Of a stretch of 64,000 nt of DNA, positions 60,638-64,000 are shown piece by piece. A program made the translations under genes and the position numbers. The notes under the pieces are model-generated. The model searched no databases and had not been told where the DNA came from. It was given only the letters and a program-made list of their open reading frames with translations. The first letter of the stretch is position 1. The number at the start of each line of letters is the position of its first letter. The stretch is from Vicugna vicugna. Lineage: Eukaryota. The stretch spans positions 186,001 through 250,000 of the forward strand of contig MU057786.1 of the NCBI GenBank assembly GCA_013265495.1, in the 5' to 3' direction.

Positions 60638-61190
60638 TTTCTTTTTTCCTTTTCTTTAAAAACAAATGAAGTATCATCAGTTTACAATGTGTCAATTTCT
60701 GGTATACAGCATAATGTTTTAGTCTTGCATATACATACATAAATTTGTTTTTATATTCTTTTTCATTATAGACTACTACAAGATACTGAATATAGTTCCA
60801 TATACTATACAGAAGGAACTTGTTGTTAATTTATTTTATATATAGCAGTTAATATTTGCAAATGTTGAACTCTCAGTTTATCCCTTCTCACCTGCTTCCC
60901 CCCATTGCCCCAGTAACTGTAAGTTTGTTTACTATGTCTGTGAGTCTGTTTCTGTTTTGTAGAGAAGTTCATTAGTGTCTTTTTTACTTTTTTTAGATCC
61001 CACATATGAGTGATATCATATGGTATTTTTCTTTTTCTTTCTTGCTTACTTCGCCCAGTATGACATTCTCCAGGTTTATCCATATTGCTGCAAATGGCAT
61101 TATTTTATTCTTTTTTGTGGCTGAGTAGTATTCCATTGTATAAATATACCACAGCTTCTTTATCCAGTCATCTGTCAATGGACATTTAGG
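60638..61190 (-). mobile_element. Camelid-type L1, 5'-truncated
   Basis: ORF 60993-61178 (WIKKLWYIYTMEYYSATKKN) is the ORF2p C-terminus, followed by the 3' UTR. Degenerate 16-bp TSD TTTGAAACAAATTCTT (60622-60637) and TTTAAAACAAGTTCTT (61191-61206). Confidence 0.9.
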
Positions 61191-62169
61191 TTTAAAACAA
61201 GTTCTTAAATAGACTCTAAGGTAATTAAATTCAGTCTTTTAGAAGTATATAATATCCACTTTTGTTTCTTATAACAGTTTTAACTTAAAGTCTATTTTTT
61301 CCTGGTATTAGCATAGCCACCCCAGTTTTCTTTCAGTTACCATGTGCATAGAATAACTGTTTTCAGCCTTTCACTTCCAACCTGCTTATGTCTTTGGATT
61401 TAAAGTGAGTTTTTAATAGACAGCATATAGTTGAATTATATTTTTAAAAATCTGTTCTTCCAGTCTCTTTGACAGGAGAGTTCAACTCATTTATATTTAA
61501 AGTAATTATTGATAAGGGTTGATTTATTCTACCATTTTCCTATTTGTTTTCTGTATATCTAATAGCTTTTGTGTCCCCCGTTTCTTGTATTGCTGCCTTT
61601 TTTTGGTGTCTATTTGATTTTTTGGTAGTAAGCCATTTGATTCCTCTTTCATTTCCTTTTGTGTGTATTTCTTAGCTATTTCCTTTTTGGTTACCATGAG
61701 GATTACATTTAACCTCTTAAATCTATAGCAATGTAATTTGAATCGATGCTAACTTAAGTTCAGTAGCAATTGAAGGGCGCAGTTTTGCTCCTATCCGGCT
61801 CCTTCCCCCTTTATATCATTGTCACAAATCACCTCTGTATACATTGTGTGCCATTAGCAGAGATTTATAATTTTAAAAATGCCTTTGTCCTTTAAATCAT
61901 TTAGGAAATGAAAAATGGAGATACAAACTAAAAATACAATACTAATGGTTTATATATTTGCCCAATGTAGTTACCTTTACTGGAGAACATGATTTCTTCA
62001 TGCAACTTTGAATCACTGTCTCCTGTCCTTTCATTTCAACCTGAAGGTCTCCTTTTAGCATTTCTTATAGGGAAGATCTAGTGGTAACAAAGTCCCTTAT
62101 CTTTTGTTTATCTGGGACTGTCTTAATTGCACTTCCATTTTTTGGTAGTTATATATATATATATATATA

Positions 62170-62475
62170 TACATACATATAAAACTAAAAATTTATCATT
62201 TTAGCCATATTTAAATGTAAAGTTTACTGGCATTAAGCACATTCACATTGTTGTGTAATCACACAGTCACTCTCCATCTCCAGAACGTTTTTATCTTCCC
62301 AAGCTGAAACTCTCCCCATTGAGCAATAACTCCTTGTTCCCCCTCTTCCCCTTCCCCTGGTAACAGCCATCTACTTTCTGCTTCTATGAATTGAACCATT
62401 CCACACACCTTACATAAGTAGAATCATACAGTATTTGTCCTTTGATGACTGATTTATTTCTTGTTTAGCATAATC
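62170..62475 (-). mobile_element. L1MB-like 3' end nested in the old L1, next to a (TA)n run
   Basis: 'ggcattaagcacattcacattgttgtg..ccatctccagaac..ctgaaactct..cccctggtaac..agtagaatcatacagtatttgtcc'. Confidence 0.85.
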
Positions 62476-62621
62476 TCTCTCTCATTTTTGAAGGACAGTT
62501 TTGCTAAGGACAGAATTCTTAGTTGACAGCGTTTCCCCTCCTAGCCCTGTAAACACGCCATCCCCACTGCTTTCTGGTCTCGTTTGTTTCTGATGAGAAA
62601 TGGGTTGTTCATCTTACCGAG

Positions 62622-63057
62622 TGTTACGGGTTGAATTGTCACCCTCATCACCTCAAAATTCATGTTGAAGTCCTAGCCCACAGTGTCTCAGAATGGTCCT
62701 TATTTGGAAGTAGGATCACTGCACATGTAATTAGTTAAGTTAGGATGAGATCATTAGGATGGGCCTTAATTCAATATGACTACTGTTCTTATAAAAAGGA
62801 GAAATTTGAACACAGAGCTAGACAGACACATGTAGAGGGAAGACTGAAGAAGGGACACAGGGAAAAGACAGCCATATACAAGCGAAGGAGAGAGGCCTGG
62901 GACAGATCCTTCCCTCACAGCCTTGAGAAGGGACCAATCCTGCCAATACCTCAATTTCAGACTTCCGTCCTCCGTAACTGTGAGACCATAAATGTCTGTG
63001 GTTTAAGCAGCCCAGTGTGTGGGACTGTGATAATAGCACCTACAGTAAATCAATACA
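62622..63057 (+). mobile_element. Solo MLT1B-like MaLR LTR
   Basis: TGTTACGGGTTGAATTGT..gttgaagtccta..ccttatttggaa..gagaggcctgggacagatccttccctcacagcc..aactgtgaga..ataaat..AATACA. Confidence 0.85.
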
Positions 63058-63328
63058 TTGCTGATCCCTTGGACTTGATTAGTTGCTTCCCTCTTACTGC
63101 CTGTAGGAGTCTCTCTTTGCCTTCCAATGGTTTGATTATAATGGGTCTCTTTGAGTTTATCCTACTTGGACTTCATTGAGCACCTTGGGACTGTAAATTC
63201 ATGTATTTCATCAAATTTGGGAAGTCTTTGATCATTATTTCTTCAGATATTCTTTCTTCCCTCTTATCTCTCTTTCTTTCTTCCTTCTGGGATACTCATA
63301 ATGAGTACGGTTGTGTCCCACAGATCAC

Positions 63329-63706
63329 TGACTTGGTTAATGTAGGCTGCCGTAACAAAATATCATAGTCTGGGTGACTTACACAACAAGATGTTTTCTC
63401 ACGGTTCTGGAGCTTGGGAAAGTCAAAGGTCAAGTTTCCAGCAGATTTGCTTCCTGGTGAGGACCCTCTTCCTATAAGTTTCAGGCAGCTGCCTTCTCAC
63501 TCTGTTCTCACATGGTGGAGAGACAGAGAAAGCTAGTTTCCTGATGTCTCTTCTTATAAGGACATTAATTCTGTTGGATCAGGGCTCCACATGTATAACC
63601 TAATTTAACCTTAACTGATCTCCTTACTCCAAACACAGCCACACTGGGGTGGGGTGAGGCTTCAGCATATGAATTTGGTAGGGGGGACATAATTCAGTCT
63701 GTAGCA
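63329..63706 (-). mobile_element. Solo MLT1A-like MaLR LTR
   Basis: 'ggctgccgtaacaaaata..tctcacggttctggag..cctggtgagg..tctcttcttataaggaca..ggcttcagcatatgaattt..attcagtc'. 5-bp TSD ATCAC/GTCAC (4/5). Confidence 0.85.
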
Positions 63707-64000
63707 GTCACTTAGGAGGTTGTTATTCATTCATACAGTTTTGAGTTATTGTCTAGTGTCCTTTCATTTCACCTTGAAAGACTCCCTTTAGCATCTCTTA
63801 TAAGGCAGGTTTATTGGTAACAAACTCGCTCAGCTTTTTTTTTACCTAAGAATGTCTTGATTTTACTTTTATTCATTTTTTATTGCGGTCATGTGCCATG
63901 TTGAAGAGGAAGTGGGGCAAGGGCAAGTAAAAATGTTACAGTGCTTTCCTAGTGTTTTCAGGTTGCCCTTTTCTTGATTAAGTGTTCTCTTGGTTGCTGT

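Larger units (their letters stand above)
61210..64000 (-). mobile_element. Old L1 5' region (EN start, inter-ORF, ORF1, 5' UTR), interrupted several times
   Basis: 'tctttggatttaaagtgagt..tagacagcatatagttg', 'tttagcatttcttatagg', 'tttctgatgagaaat', 'tcatcaaatttgggaagt'. Confidence 0.75.

Noticed and set aside
104..63179. Hundreds of 60-230-aa ORFs in the six-frame track, e.g. 4371-4985, 23134-23823, 55117-55701 and 60128-60742
   Set aside because: They overlap on both strands, many start at GTG/TTG, and they are Pro/Gly/Ser/Trp/Cys-rich as expected from GC-rich non-coding DNA. Several lie inside L2 or L1 repeats. None resembles a protein I recognise apart from the L1 fragments.
1..64000. CRISPR arrays, operons, prokaryotic defence systems or an intact retroelement
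   Set aside because: The DNA is mammalian, there is no regularly spaced repeat-spacer array, and all L1 and LTR copies are truncated or decayed.

Overview
This is mammalian genomic DNA, not prokaryotic, and most likely camelid (alpaca, llama or camel). That call rests on two tRNA-derived Vic-1-type SINEs and the 3' UTRs of the young L1 copies. The window looks intronic or intergenic. It has a GC-rich background with many ancient repeats (MIR, L2, MLT1/MLT2 LTRs, hAT MITEs), L1-dense blocks at about 21-33 kb, 47.7-48.6 kb, 51-54 kb and 57.8-64 kb, and two N gaps. I recognise no host protein-coding exon, RNA gene or CRISPR array. The only ORFs in the track that I can assign to a protein are decayed L1 ORF1p/ORF2p fragments. 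The best-supported signals are: a near-consensus RE1/NRSE (REST) site at 44120-44140; three 5'-inverted L1 insertions, one with a perfect 13-bp TSD and one apparently split across two neighbouring sites; an unexplained exact 19-bp direct repeat; a decayed 14-15-bp minisatellite; and several repeat-free AT-rich islands that could be conserved enhancers. I cannot support a new biological system from this sequence. Repeat subfamily names come from my recollection of consensus sequences, and boundaries of old repeats are approximate.
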